Assembly: GCF_009914755.1 (NCBI RefSeq)
Contig: NC_060929.1
DNA: 64,000 bases
DNA from: the human T2T-CHM13v2.0 reference genome, Homo sapiens
Reading direction: 5' to 3' (one strand)
Part shown: piece by piece, positions 1 to 19,209 of the stretch
How the letters are laid out: each line of letters starts with the position of its first letter
How positions within the stretch are numbered: the first letter of the stretch is position 1
Position numbers and translations under genes: made by a program
Notes under the pieces: model-generated
What the model was told of the DNA's origin: nothing
Databases searched by the model: none
Seen by the model: the letters and a program-made list of their open reading frames with translations, nothing else

Positions 1-973
1 ATTGTATTTTTCTTGTAGCCATTGTAAATGGGATTGTTTTCTTGATTTTGTTCTCAACTAGATTGTTACTGGTGTAAGAAATGCTACTGATTTTTCATGT
101 TGATTTTGTGTTGTGCAGCTTTACTACATTCATTTATTAAATCTAAGAATTTTTCATGAATCTTTAGGTTTTCCTAGATATAAGTTATATCTTCAGCAAA
201 CAGTAATAATTTTACTTTCTCTTTTCCCATTTAGAAGCCTTTTATCTCTTGCCTGATGGCTGTGGCTAGGACTTCCAGTACTATGTTAAATAGGAGTAGT
301 GAAAATGGGCATCCTTGTCTTGTCCAACGTTTTCGAGGAAATGTTTTTAACTTTTCCCTGTTCAGTGTGATGTTGTCTGTGGGCTTGTCATATATGGCAT
401 TTAATATTATGATGCATATTTCTTCTATGCCCAGTTTGTTGAGAGTTTGTATCATGAAGGGGTACTGCATTTTATCAAATGCTATTTCTCAGACTATTGG
501 TTTGATCATAAAGTTTTTCTCCTTCATTCTTTTTATGTGATGAATCACATTTATTGACTTGTGTATTTTGAACCACTCTTAGATCCCTTGACTAAAACCC
601 ACTTGATTGTGGTGTATTATCTTTTTAATATGCTGTTGGATTCTGTTTCCTAGTATTTTGTTTAGGACTGTTGTGTCTATGTTCATCAGGGTATTGGTCT
701 TTAGTTTTCTTTATTCGTTGTGTCCTTGTCTGGTTTTGGTATTGGGATGATACTGGAGAATGAGTTAGGGAGAATTCCTTTCCCCTGTTCCAACTTTTTG
801 GAACAGTTTTACAAGAATTGGTATTATTTCTTTGTATGTTTGGCAGAATTCAGCTGTGAATCCGTCTGGTCCTGCGTTTTTGGGGGGAAGATTTTATTAC
901 TGATTTAATCTCACTACCCATTATTGGTCTATTCAGGCTTTCTGTTTCTTCTTTGTTCAATCTTGGGAGGTTG

Positions 974-1386
974 TGTATTAGTCTGTTCTTACATTGCTAC
1001 ACAGAAATACCTGTGACTGGGTAACTTATAAAGAAAAGAGGTTTAATTGGCTTATGGTTCTGCAGGCTGTACTGGAAGCATGATGCTAGCACCTGGGGAG
1101 GCCTTGAGAAACAAAACAATCATAGCAAAAGGTGAAGGGGGAGCAAACCCATCACATGGTCAGAGCAGGAACAAGAGAGGAAGGGGGGAGGTGCTACACA
1201 CTTTTAAACCACCAGATCTCAAGAGAATTCACTATTGTGAGGACAATACCAAGAGGGGTGGTGCTAAATCATTCCTGAGAAACCTGCCTCCATCATCCAA
1301 TCACCTCCCATCAGGCCCCACCTCCAACATTGGGTATTACATTTCAATATGAGATTTGGATGGGAACATACATCCAAACTATATCA
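974..1386 (-). mobile_element. MaLR solo LTR (MSTA/MSTB-like) inserted in the L1
   Basis: Starts TGTATTAGTC and ends CCAAACTATATCA, the reverse of the TGATATGG...ACTAATACA MST/THE1 termini. 5-bp TSD ggttg (969-973) / ggtta (1387-1391). Confidence 0.88.
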
Positions 1387-1812
1387 GGTTATATGTTTCC
1401 AGAAATTTACCTATTTTCTGCAAGTTTTCTAGTTTATGAACATGTAGTTGTTCATAATAGTCTCTGATGATCTTTTGAATTTTTCTCATATCATTTGTAA
1501 CGTCTCCATTTTGATTTCTTATTATATTTGGATCTTCTTTCCTCTGGTTAGTCTTGCTAGCACTTGATCAATTTTGCTTATCTTTTTAAAGAACGAGCTT
1601 TTTGTTTCATTAATTTTTTAATTTTTTTTTGGTCTCTGTTTTATTTAGTTTTGCTCTGATCCATGTTACTTCTTTACTTCTGCTAATTTTGTGTTTGGTT
1701 CGTTCTTGCTTTTCTAGTTCCTTTAGATGTATTGTTAGGTTGTTAATTTGCAATCTTTCTACTTTTTTGATGCAGGTATTTATTGCTGCAAAATTCCTTC
1801 TTAGCACTGGTT

Positions 1813-1862
1813 TTGCTGTGTCCTACAGGTTTTTGTATTGCTGTGTCCTACAGGTTTTTGTA
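1813..1862. repeat. Perfect 2x25-bp tandem duplication inside the L1
   Basis: ttgctgtgtcctacaggtttttgta at 1813-1837 and 1838-1862. Confidence 0.95.
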
Positions 1863-2800
1863 TGTTGTATTTCCAGTTTCATTTGTTTCATAAAATTTTT
1901 TAATTCTCCTTAATTTTTTCATTGATCCAAAGGTCATTCAGGGGCATATTGTTTAATTTTTCTGTATTTGTATAGTTTCCAGAGTTTTTCTTGATATTGA
2001 TTTCTTGGTATTGGTTTTAATCTACTGTGGTCTGAGAAGATACTTGGTATGATTTGATTTTTAAAAATTTGTTGAGGCTTGTTTTGTGGCATAACATATG
2101 GTCTATATTGGAGAATATCCCATGTGTTGATGAGAAGAGTATTTATTCTGCAGTTGTTGGATAGAATGTTCTATAAATGTGTGTTAGGTACATTTTGTCT
2201 GAAGTCCAATTTAAGTCTGATGTTTGTTGATTTTATGTCTCAGTGAGCTGTCTAATGCTGTGAGTGAGATGGTGACGTCCCCTATTATTGTTTTTCTGTC
2301 TAACTCTCTTTAGGTCTAGTAATATTTGTTTTATGAATTTGGGTGCTCAAATGTTGGGTGCATGTATGTTTAGAATTGTTATGTCCTCTTGTAGAACTGA
2401 CACCTTTAATATCAGGTTTTATACTTTTGTGTTTTCTTGATGGGGTTGCCCTGTCTCTTTCAAGTTTAGGACTCCTTTGAACATTTCTTGTAGAGCTGGT
2501 CTACTTTTGACAAATTCTCTTAGTATTCTGTTAATAATCTGTCTGGGAAAGAAGATTATTTCTACTTCATTTATGGAGCTTGATATTTCTGGATGTAGAA
2601 CTCTTGACTGATAATGACTTCATTATTTTTTACTATTTTTATTTTAAAGTATGCTTTATCTGATAAAAATATAGCTACCTCTGCTTGCTTTAGATTTTCG
2701 TTGGCCCATAATATCAATCAATATCTTTTTCCACCCCTTTACTTTTAGTCTATGTGTCTTCACAGATAAGGTGGGTTTCTTGTAAATAGCATATAGTTGA

Positions 2801-3097
<297 letters not shown>

Positions 3098-6000
3098 TAT
3101 AGTTGATTTTTTTTATTCATTTAGCCAACGTGTATTTTTTAGTAGGACATTTAATCCATTTATGTTTGAGGTGGTATATGAGATTTTGTTCCTGTCATAT
3201 TGTTTTTTTCATCATTTTGTAAACTTTTGGGTTTTTTGTCTGTCTAAATTTATGGTTTGTTGGAATTCTGTAATGGTTTCATTTGATTCTTCTTCTTTGT
3301 ATGATATCTTTACTAGTGTATTTTATATTTTTGTGTGTTTTCACAATGATAAATATTGTCCTGTCTCTTCCAAGTTTAGGACTTCTTTGAGCATTTCCTG
3401 TAGGACTGGTCTAGTTTTCATGAATTCCCTCAGTATTTGATTGTCTGGGAAAGACTATTTCTCCTTTATTTATGAAGCTTAATACTACCTGGATATACAA
3501 TTCTTGGCTGACAGTTGTTTTCTTTCACACTTTGATTATGTCGTCACATTTTTTCCTGCCTTGTAAGGTTTCTGCTGGGTAGTCTGCTGTTAGTTTGATG
3601 GACTTTCCTTTATAGATGACACTTTTCTCTTGATTGTAGAATTTGTTCTTTCACTTTGACATTAGACACTCATTATAATATGTTGTATTGAAGTCCCTTT
3701 TATGTTGTATTTGCCTGCAGATCATGGAGCCTCCTGTATCTATTATGTCTGTATCTCTTGCTAGCCTTGGGAGTTTTTCAGTCTATTATTTTGTTAAAGA
3801 TTTTTGATGTTTCTGTCCCTTTGGGAATACCAGTAATTCATAAGTTCAATGCTGTATGCAGTCCTAAACACTTGGAAAGCTTTGTTCATTTTTTTCTTAT
3901 TTTTAAAATTTTTATCAGACTGCACTGTTTGAAAAGACCTGTCTTCATGTTCTGAAATCTTTTCTTCTGCTTGGCCTAGTCTATTATTGGAGTTTCCATG
4001 TATTTTATATCTCCTTCAGTGAATTTTTTAGTTCCAGGATTTTTTTAAAGACGTCTATCTCCTTGGTAAATTTCTCATTCATATCCTGAATTGATTTTCT
4101 GATTACTTTGTATTAGTTTTCAGATTTCTCTTGTATCTCATTGAACTTAATTGAAATCAAAATATTGAATTCTTTGGGGTTGTAAGGTTTTCTTTTTGGT
4201 TCTGCTCTATTGTTGGAGAATTATTGTGTTCCTTTGATGGTGTCATATTGCCATGCGTTTTCATGTTTCTTGTGTTTTTATGTTCATTCTAGCACATCTG
4301 GAACAATTGCTTTTTTTTTCAATTTAACTTTTGTTTGGAGTAGACTTTGCTCCTTTATATGTGACTTCGATGTTGGTTGAGTAGGGCCACTTGTTTTTAT
4401 TTCTGGGTGTGCGCATTGGTGAATACTTTATGATATTCTTGGCTATAAATATTGTTATTGGTATCTGTGGATTCCTTTGTGTGTTAGGGTGTGGGTTTTG
4501 ATGGAGGATGTGGTGAAATTATGCTAGGGACTGGAATGCTTGATAGGTCCTTCTTCAGGTTTCAGTGGTAGCAGTGGTTGTCTAAGCAGGTCTATATCTA
4601 GGGCAGTGTGTGCTGGCACATGAGTTGGCAGTTCCATGCAGGCTGATTATTGGGGGCTCTGGGTGGCTCTTTTGGATACCAGTTGTGGTAGCAGTGTACT
4701 GGGCAAGTGAGTGGGCTCATGAGCTCTTGGGTAGCTGGGTGGCCTCAGTAATGGTGGCAGCAGTAGTGGTAAGATGCTCTCCCCAGTGCCCTTGTGTTGG
4801 GAGTGATTGCAATTGGCTGTGTGGGCTGACCTCCAGGCTGGGTGGCACTTGCAGATAGAAACCAACCGAGAGAGTAATGGCAGGGTTTTTATGCCCAAAC
4901 TCTGTCCCCTGGGAGAAGTGCTTGGGTGTCTCAGGCAGTGGGCTGGACTGTGGGACCTCCAGAAGTCCAGATCCTGCATTGTGTCTCAGAGAGTAGGGCA
5001 AAGCTGGGTAAATCTGGATTGGGAAAGCCTGGGCTTGTCCTATGAAATGCTTGCATGAGGGGTGACAACACCTTTGCTGAAGTACTGCCATGATGGGAGA
5101 GTGGGGCTACTGGTCCCAGTGGTTTCAGCATTGGCTGGCAAGTGGGGAATCTGTGTCCCTCTCATGTCTCAGTCCTGGTGGGGCTTCCTCCCTTATCCCG
5201 ACTCTTGCAGCTGATCCTGTAGTTTAGTCGGACTGGGTAGTTGTCACCTATCTCATAACTCAGCCCTGCCCAGGTCAGGACCAGACTGCTTTGGCGGCTC
5301 TTATTCTGCTCACATCTTGGGGGTTGCCTAGCTCCCAAGCTGGGGGCTGGAGTTTATGTCACGCTTGCTTTTCAGTCCTGGTTGCAGAATCCCATTTCCT
5401 ACACAGGCCCCAGTTCAGCAAACCACAGATTGAGTTACTCTGATACTTAGGACTGGTGCTATAGGTTCCCAGGTCACACAATTTGTTAAACCCTAGGATT
5501 GAGAATGGCATCTTACTGTAGCTGCTTAGGTCTCAGGGAAGGTGTGGAACCCAGGGTGTGTTATTTCCCTATAGCAGTTCCTTTATACAGTCTCCTGGTT
5601 GCTTCCCAAGTCAAATTCAAGGTTTGGGAGGGTCAAGATACACTCCCATGGCCTGGATTATACAATTGATTCTCCAGTAGGAAAGTGAACCACAGAAAGA
5701 CACTCAGTTACCTTCTCCCACGTTGCAGACTCCCTTTTGGTTGCCAGCCTGCCCTGTCCACATTAGCTGTTTGTTGTCCTCTCTTTTTGGAGTTTCTGTT
5801 TGCTTTTCTGTTAAATGCCTGTGTTCTGTCTTGGAACACTTACATTATAAGTGTGACTTTAACACTTTATCTTAACCTCTTTGGAGACTTGAGACTGAAA
5901 TGTCACTACCACTTATTAGAATTTGTATTCTTCCCTCTTGAATCTGTGTTGACTGTTAGCAGTGTTCTTCTAACAGGGTTTTCTGTTTGATTTTGTTGTT

Positions 6001-7110
6001 GTAATACCTATGTGTTCATAACATTTATTAAATCATGAATTCTTTTCAGACAGAAATTGAATGCTATGTTTAATTTTATTCCTGAAATTCTATTTGGAGC
6101 TCTTTTACGTGTATTCCTGCCATACTAAATGTAAAAACTGACATGTCAAATGTTTTTGACATCAATGTATCTTTTCTGGGAGATACCTAAAGGAAACGAC
6201 TTGAGTTCTTTTATATATATTTTCTAAAATATTTTTACAAATAAGATTATGAGACTTGTAAATAATATTTTAAGCACTTCTGAGTATCTTGCTCTTTAAA
6301 GCATGCATTTATTGACTCCTTAAAATGCACTTATGGTTTTGTCAGGGAGTTTTAAAATATAAATTCAACAGTTCTGTCTAGTTTGAATGTTTAGAATGTG
6401 TTTAATGTGATTTTCTCCTGCTAAGAATGTTCTTTATTTCGCCAAGTACATGGCAGATTTTCCATAATATAAACTATTATATAGTGAAACTTTGTATTTT
6501 CTTACAGGTTCTTGAGAAATCTACATGAAAAAATGGATAGAAAATAGTCCTAAGATAATAATGTTCCTATAACATTAAAAAAATCCCCTTTAAGCCATTG
6601 TAAGATTTACTTTATTGTTAACAACTAGTTGTTTCATTAATTATTGAATACCTATCTTTTATATGGAGTATAAGAAATTATAAATTGTTACTTTAAAAAC
6701 TTATGTTCTCTTGTTTTATTATTTTCTTTAATTTGATTTCATTTCTTTTGGCATTCTATGGATGGTCGAATGGCTTTGTCCTAAAGAGGACAGAAAAAGC
6801 ATACTTTATGCAGCTAAAGCTTGAAACACAATATGTAACTGTGAATACATATCTGAGAGCTTCTTCAAGATTTAAATGCTTCTGAACATTATTGTCTTTG
6901 TTTATAGCAAGGGTATTTTGTTGTAATTATATTCACATGCAATTCAAATTTCTGCCTTTTTTGTTACTTTAGTTTCGGTATGTTATGTAAAAGGCATAGG
7001 TTTTCTGTATGCTTAAATTCACTGACTATACGTGGTTGTGAGCTTTAAATGCTGCTATGTATTCTCTACCTTTACTGAAATGTTTATCTGCAGTAAAATG
7101 CAGAGATTTT

Positions 7111-7238
7111 TTTTTTTTTTTTTTGAGACGGAGTCTCGCTCTGTCGCCCAGGCCGGACTGCGGACTGCAGTGGCGCAATCTCGGCTCACTGCAAGCTCCG
7201 CTTCCCGGGTTCACGCCATTCTCCTGCCTCAGCCTCCC
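7111..7238 (-). mobile_element. 5'-truncated AluYb8/Yb9 (part of the right arm only)
   Basis: Has the Yb 7-nt duplication (ggccggactgcggactgcag = rc of CTGCAGTCCGCAGTCCGGCC) and the GGGAAGCGGAG and GAGATTGCG variants. Pure T tail. Perfect 16-bp TSD aaaatgcagagatttt (7095-7110, 7239-7254). Confidence 0.96.
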
Positions 7239-7254
7239 AAAATGCAGAGATTTT

Positions 7255-7700
7255 AATTTAATTGTTCAGTCTGATGGGTTTTAGAAGTTATATACACACA
7301 TTTAATTATGTTACCTAACAAAGTATAGAAAATTTTCATCAGCAGGAAATTACTTTCAACCTCATCCTCACTTTTTTATTTCTGTCACCACAGATTAGTT
7401 TTGTCTGCTCTTGGATTTAACGTAATGGACTCATATAATATGTATTTGACTGTCACTCAAAATAATTTTTTTGATTCATTCATATTATTACATTTATTAG
7501 TAATTCTTTTATTGCTAAGTGTCATTCCATTATATGAAAATATCACAATTTGTTTATCTGTATTTCTGTTCATGTATGTTTGGGTTTTTTACAGTTTCTG
7601 GCTAATATGAGTAAGATTGCTATGAACATTTGTGTTCAAGTCATTTTATGGATATTATATTTTTTTCCCTTGCGTAAATATCTAGTAATGGGGATTGCTG
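7255..7700 (-). mobile_element. Ancient L1M (L1ME/MC-like) 3' fragment
   Basis: Degenerate L1M 3'-end motifs (ttctggctaatatgagtaagattgctatgaacatttgtgttcaagtc...gggattgctg). Confidence 0.65.
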
Positions 7701-7856
7701 ATCCCCCAAGCCAAAAAGTCTGAGACTCTCTATTTAAGTTTTAGTCTCTCCATGCTACATGGATTGGGAAAAGTCATATATGTGTGAATCTCACCTTGAG
7801 TGGTTTCCTTTAAGAGTCAAATTTCCTTTAACTTTTGCCTGATTTTAGTCATTCTT

Positions 7857-8176
<320 letters not shown>

Positions 8177-8399
8177 TAATGCATTCAAATTGTTGTTTTA
8201 AAAAAACGTTTTGTATAGAGATTATATATTTTTATATTCAAGGAGGTTGGTGTGATATAGGCTATTTCCCAACCATTACTAGACTAAGAACTCCAAAAGT
8301 GATTTTTTAAAAATGTGTCTTATTTTATCCACCCCACTCCATTTCCATTTTAGGGTTTCCATGTTACTTATTGTAGAAGTTGGAGTTCTTACAATTGTC

Positions 8400-8832
8400 T
8401 TTAAGGAACTACATGCCCTGTTGTCTCCTCAGCCCACAACCTACATTGTTGACCATCTCCTTTTAACATCCTCTATCTGGCTTATTGAATACCTCTAATC
8501 TCTTTACTTCAAAAGTTCTGCTGGATGTTCATAGGGCTGGCTTGGTTCCTTTTTCCAGCTGATTGTTTAAATGTCACATTTGTCAGTGAATCTTTCCCTG
8601 ATAGTGCCACCTCCTCTGTGGCATTTTATTATCTTATTTTTCTCCATAATATTTATTTTTTTTGTGGCCCACTATATATTTTACTTATTTACTTTTTTGT
8701 CTGTCTCTACCACCAGAATATAAGCTCCTCAATGGCAATAATTTTTGTCTGTTTGTTTACTGCTGTTATTTTCACTACTTTTGGTCTTTGGGAGATAGTA
8801 GAGTGTCAGTAAATATTTGTTGAATGAATGCA
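8400..8832 (+). mobile_element. L2 3' fragment
   Basis: L2 3'-end motifs accagaatataagctcc...aaatatttgttgaatgaatg. Left edge approximate. Confidence 0.65.
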
Positions 8833-9997
8833 TGTGCAATATTCCATCCTTACAAACTGCTATTTTTAAGTTCACTTTATTCGGTTTCCTTATGAAGAGG
8901 GATATTTTTATTTATTGGCAGAGAAAGGACAATAAAAGGAGGAGGCTATGAACTGCATTTTGTATTTCCTAATATTCTTTTGTGTTTTCATTTTTGGTTG
9001 TACTTCAAGCCTTTTTGTGGTTCATTTATTTTATGGCTCTTGAATTTTGCTAGAGTACTAGATTCTAGTCATTTAAAAAATTTTCTCTTTAAAAGTGAAA
9101 ATATGGAAAGAATTGCTTTAGCTTGAAACAGATGGAAATTCTCCAGGAAAAAAAAAAGTGATGGACTTAGCTGTTGATGCAGAAATCAATTTAAAAATCT
9201 TTAGATCTAAGAGACCCTTAATCAGTCTTATTTGAAACAGAATGTATTTCTCCACTGCATAAGTAATTGGCTGAAACCAGAACCATTAACAAATTGAATG
9301 AAGTTTTCGTTAATGCCAGGGAACTGTGCTGTTAGCAAAATCACTCTTATTATGTCACAGTATTCAAAGATGTGCATTTGTTAAATAGAGTTGATGTACT
9401 TTTTCAGAGTGTTGCCAATTGTGAGAACATTTGTTGAATGACATTTCAGTGTCCTCAAACTTGTGCTATTATCTTCATATATTCTTGGTATGCAGAGGTG
9501 ACAAACAATTTGAAAAAAAAATACATTGGTGATTCCCCTCACTTCCCTCCAACTTGAATATGAAGGCCAGTCTTATGATTTGGTACTTTGGTCAAGTCTG
9601 TGGGTCAAGGGATATAATTAAGTTCCTTGTCACCCTAACAGTGAGACTAGGCCGACTTTTGTGGTGTCTAAACTTGAGGGTATTGGTTAGGGAATATCCC
9701 TGAATTGTGTTTGTAATAAGGCATTTGCACTTCTTATTGTGATTTGATGTAGCAGCCAAATTAAAAGTACAGAGTGCCAAAATGAATGTGTTGGCTTAGT
9801 CACTTTTGGAGTTTTGCAGAGGGCAACAGACTCCTGAGGTCTTCTGGAGGCTGCCTAATGGGTAACCCTGTTGGAGATTTGTGCAGTATGTCTTATGAAA
9901 GTAGGCAGTCACTTGGATATGGTAATATATTCACTTCTGTGTTTTATAGGTTATATATTGTATACCAGTCATCTCTGATACCCTGGCCCTGGCATCT

Positions 9998-10312
9998 TAT
10001 TATTTTTTTTCCAGAGACAGGGTTTTGCTCAGTCACTCAGGCTGAAGTGTGCAGTGGCTTGTGGTGTGATCATAGCTCACTGCAGCCTTAAACTCCTAGG
10101 CTCAAGGGATCCTCCTGCCTCAGCTTCCCAAGTAACTAGGACTACAGGTGTATGCTGTCATGCCTAGATACTTTTTAAAGAACATTTTCATAGAGACAGT
10201 GTCTTGCCATTTTGCCCAGGCTGGTCTTGAAGTCTTGGCCTCAAGCAATTGGTCCCCCTGCCTCAGCCTCCCAAAGTGCTAGGATTACGGGTGTGAGTCA
10301 CTGTGCCTGCCT
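9998..10312 (-). mobile_element. Alu (AluJ)
   Basis: Diverged antisense dimer with J-type motifs (gatcatagctcactgcagcct, ggctcaagggatcctcc). Confidence 0.88.
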
Positions 10313-10447
10313 TGTATCTTTAAAAAATAATGTTTTATAATTATAATTTGTATAGTATACACTGTATTCTTTTGAATTGTATGGTTCCATGAATTTTGAT
10401 AGGTGTATTTCCATGAGATCACCATGGTAATCAAGATACAGAGCATT

Positions 10448-10908
10448 ATGTTTATAGCGGCACGATTTGCAATTGCAACAATATGGAACCAACCTAAGTG
10501 CCCATCAACCAACAAATGAATAAAGAAAATATGGTATATATACACTATGGAGTACTACTCAGCCATAAAAAGGAATGAAGTAGCGTTTTTTGCAGCAACT
10601 TGGGTGGAACTGGAGGCCAGTTTTCTAAATGAAGTAATTCAGGAATGGAAAACCAAATATCTTACGTTCTCCCTTATTGGGAGCTAAGCTATGAGGTTGT
10701 GGTGGCATGAGAATGATATAATGGACTTTGGGGATTTGTGGGGCAAGGTTGGGAGGAAGATGAGGGATAAAAGACTACACATTGGGTACAGTGTACACTG
10801 CTTGGGTGACGGTTGCACTAAAATCTCAGAAATCACTGCTACAGAACTTACCCATGTAAGCAAATACCACCTGTACCCTAAAAACTATTGAAATAAAATT
10901 AAAAAAAA
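10448..10908 (+). mobile_element. L1PB-type 3' end nested in an older antisense L1M fragment (~10320-11260)
   Basis: ORF2 end and L1PB-style 3' UTR (gggtacagtgtacactgcttgggtgacggttgcac...aaaactattgaaataaaa) with A-tail. Degenerate TSD aagatacagagcatt / aagatagagtatt. Confidence 0.8.
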
Positions 10909-11287
10909 TTTTTTTTAAAGATAGAGTATTTTCATTACCCTCAAAAGTTTCATTTTCCTTTGCAGTCCCTTACTGCCCTAACCTAGCCCCAAGCAACCCC
11001 TGCTCTACATTCTGTCACTATAGATGGCATTCTCTAGTATTTTATATAAATGGACTTACAGATATACTTTTTGTATGTGTCTGGCTTCATTCACTGATTA
11101 TAATGATTTTGAGACTGATCATTTTGTTACTTGTATTAGTACTTTTTTTTTTTTATTACAGAGTAGTATTCTACCATTTGGATATACCTCAGTTTGCTTA
11201 TCTGTTCACCTGTTTGTGGATATCTGGGCTATTTCTAGGTTTTGGCTATTATGAATAAACCTAATTAATGTTTATCTGTGATTAACA

Positions 11288-11365
11288 TTTATGTATATGT
11301 TTTGTATGTTTTTGTATATGTTTATGTATATGTTTTGTATGTGTATATGTATATGTTTTTGTATA
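11288..11365. repeat. Low-complexity (TATGTTTTTG/TATGTA)n repeat
   Basis: Directly visible. Confidence 0.8.
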
Positions 11366-11373
11366 GGCCTATA

Positions 11374-16211
<4,838 letters not shown>

Positions 16212-16213
<2 letters not shown>

Positions 16214-18336
16214 ATACTGAATGGGCAAAAACTGGAAGCATTCTCTTTGAAAACTGGCACAAGACAGGGATGCCCTCTCTCACCACTCCTGTTCAGCATA
16301 GTGTTGGAAGTTCTGGCCAGGCCAAGCAGGAAAGAGAAAGAAATAAAGGGTATTCAGTTAGGAAAAGAAGAAGTCAAATTTTCCCTGTTTGCAGATGAGA
16401 TGATTGTATATTTAGAAAACCCCATTGTCTCAGCCCAAAATCTCCTTAAGCTGATAAGCAACTTCAGCAAAGTCTTAGGATACAAAATCAGTGTGCAAAA
16501 ATCACAGGCATTCCTATACGCTGATAACAAACAGAGATCCAAATGACGAGTGAACTCTCATTCACAATTGCTTCAAAGAGAATAAAATACCTAGGAATCC
16601 AGCTTACAAGGGATGTGAAGGACCTCTTCAAGGAGAACTACAAACCACTGCTCAACGAAATGAAAGAGGACACAAACAAATGGAAGAACATTCCATGCTC
16701 ATGAATAGGAAGAATCGATATCATGAAAATGGCCATACTGCCCAAGGTAATTTATAGATTCAATGCCATCCCCATCAAACTACCAACGACTTTCTTCACA
16801 GAATTGGAAAAAACTACTTTAAAGTTCATATGGAACCAAAAAAGAGCCCTCATTGCCAAGTCAATCCTAAGCAAAAAGAACAAAGCTGGAAGCATCACGT
16901 TACCGGACTTCAAACTATACTACAAGGCTACAGTAACCAAAACAGCATGGTACTGGTACCAAAACAGAGATATAGACCAATGGAACAGAGTACAGCCCTT
17001 GGAAATAATACCACACATCTACAACCATCTGATCTTTGACAAACCTGACAAAAACAAGAAATGGGGAAAGGATTCCCTATTTAATAAATGTTGCTGGGAA
17101 AACAGGCTAGCCATATGTAGAAAGCTGAAACTGGATCCCTTCCTTACACCTTATACAAAAATTAATTCAAGATAGTTTAAAGACTTAAAAATTAGACCTA
17201 AAACCATAAAAACCCTAAGAGGAAACCTAGGCAATACCATTCAGGCCATAGGCATGGGCAAGGACTTCATGTCTAAAACACCGAAAGCAATGGCAACAAA
17301 AGCCAAAATTGACTGATGGGATCTAATTAAACTAAAGAGCTTCTGCACAGCAAAAGAAACTACCATCAGAGTGAACAGGCAACCTACAGAATAGGAGAAA
17401 ATTTTTACAATCTACCCAACTGACAAAGGGCTAATATCCAGAATCTACAAAGAACTTGAACAAATTTACAAGAGAAAATCAAACAACCCCATCAAAAAGT
17501 GGGCAAAGGATATGAACAGACACCTCTCCAAAGAAGACATTTATGCAGCCAACAGACACATGAAAAAATGTTCATCATCACTGGCCATCAGAGAAATGCA
17601 AATCAAAACCACAATGAGATACCACCTCACACCAGTTAGAATGGCGATCATTAAAAAGTCAGGAAACAACAGGTGCTGAAGAGGATGTGGAGAAATAGCA
17701 ATGCTTTTACACCTTTGGTGGGAGTGTAAACTAGTTCAACCATCGTGGAAGACAGTGTAGCGATTCCTCAAAGATCTAGAACTAGAAATACCATGTGACC
17801 CAGCCATCCCATTACTAGGTATATACCCAAAGGATTATAAATCATGCTGCTATAAAGACACATGCACACGCATGTTTATAGTGGCACTATTCTCAATAGC
17901 AAAGACTTGGAAGCAACCCAAATTTCCGTCAATGATAGACTGGATTAAGAAAATGTGGCACATATACACCATGGAATACTATGCAGCCATAAAAAAGGAT
18001 GAGTTCATGTCCTTTGTAGAGACATGGATGAAGCTAGAAACCATCATTCTGAGCAAATTATCGCAAGGACAGAAAACCAAACACTGCATGTTCTCACTCA
18101 TAGGTGGGAGTTGAACAATGAGAACACTTGGACACAGGGTGGAGAACATCACACACTGGGGCCTGTCGTGTGGTGGGGGGAAGGAGGAGGGATAGCAGTA
18201 GGAGATATACCTAGTGTAAATGACATGTTAACGGGTGCAGCACACCAGCATGGCACATGTATACATATGTCACAAACCTGCACGTTGTGCACATGTACCC
18301 TAGAACTTAAAGTATAATAATAATAATAATAAAAAA
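16212..18336 (+). mobile_element. L1PA (about L1PA5/6) 3' 2.1 kb, joined head-to-head with the previous element
   Basis: Begins tcatactgaatgggcaaaaactgg (mid-ORF2). ORFs 16247-16546, 16723-17175, 17872-18114. 3' UTR and (TAA)n/A tail ending at 18336. Confidence 0.95.
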
Positions 18337-19209
18337 GGTGGGAAACATAACAGATTATCAGAGAAAACTGCTCTGGATAAAAATTGTTTTGTGAAACCTT
18401 TGTGTATGTGTGTCAGTTCGCAGCATAAAAAGTATTCTTGCTGTGGGACATAGTCCAAAAAACTTTAATGCTGCTGTTTTTAGAGAGCTTCTAGTAAAAA
18501 TTTAGCTGGTAAATTTACATTTTCTTTTCCTATTTTGAGGAGTTAATGTAGTAATTTTGTCTAATTTGAGATGTGCTTAGAATTTTGGTTTACAGAGTAA
18601 TTGTAAGAATTTAAGATTATATTGAAGTTATAATATTTTGAGGTGACATTTTAGTAACATTCTCAGGTAAAAGGTAATGTAAGTGAGATGCCTAACTACT
18701 GTGTTAACAGTTTTGGCATGGGTTGAAAACCATTATAAATATTAGTGGCTTATTTTCCTGTGTTTTATATTATTTTGATCATATTTAAACCTAGGACATT
18801 AAAGTGTAAGGACCCTCAGATTTAAATTTGAATATGAAATAATAAAGAAATTACATTAATATAATTCATTGATATGATGTACACAGGATAGTTTTATTTT
18901 AAATAGAAGCAAATATAATTAGCTAACAAGTCAAAACTCTATACTGGGTTTTATTTCACATGTAACTAAAATATTGGTGATTGTCTTATTTGCTTAGTTA
19001 TGAGTCTCAGGAATAATTAAATGGTATGAGATTTTTCATCTTTGTATAGTAACTGTATCTTGTTTATGTCAGCAATGCCTACTATAGGTCTGGCAAATAA
19101 TATAAGAATATATTCTAAACAATGTAAGGAATTATTTATTCCCTTTGCTTTTAGGACATTGATATTTCTGAAGTATACGTGCCACTTATTTTATGGCGTA
19201 TCCCTCAAT

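Noticed and set aside
4480-5700. GC-richer stretch with several overlapping ORFs, suggesting a promoter or gene
   Set aside because: CpG-depleted and positioned as the 5' UTR of the old minus-strand L1.
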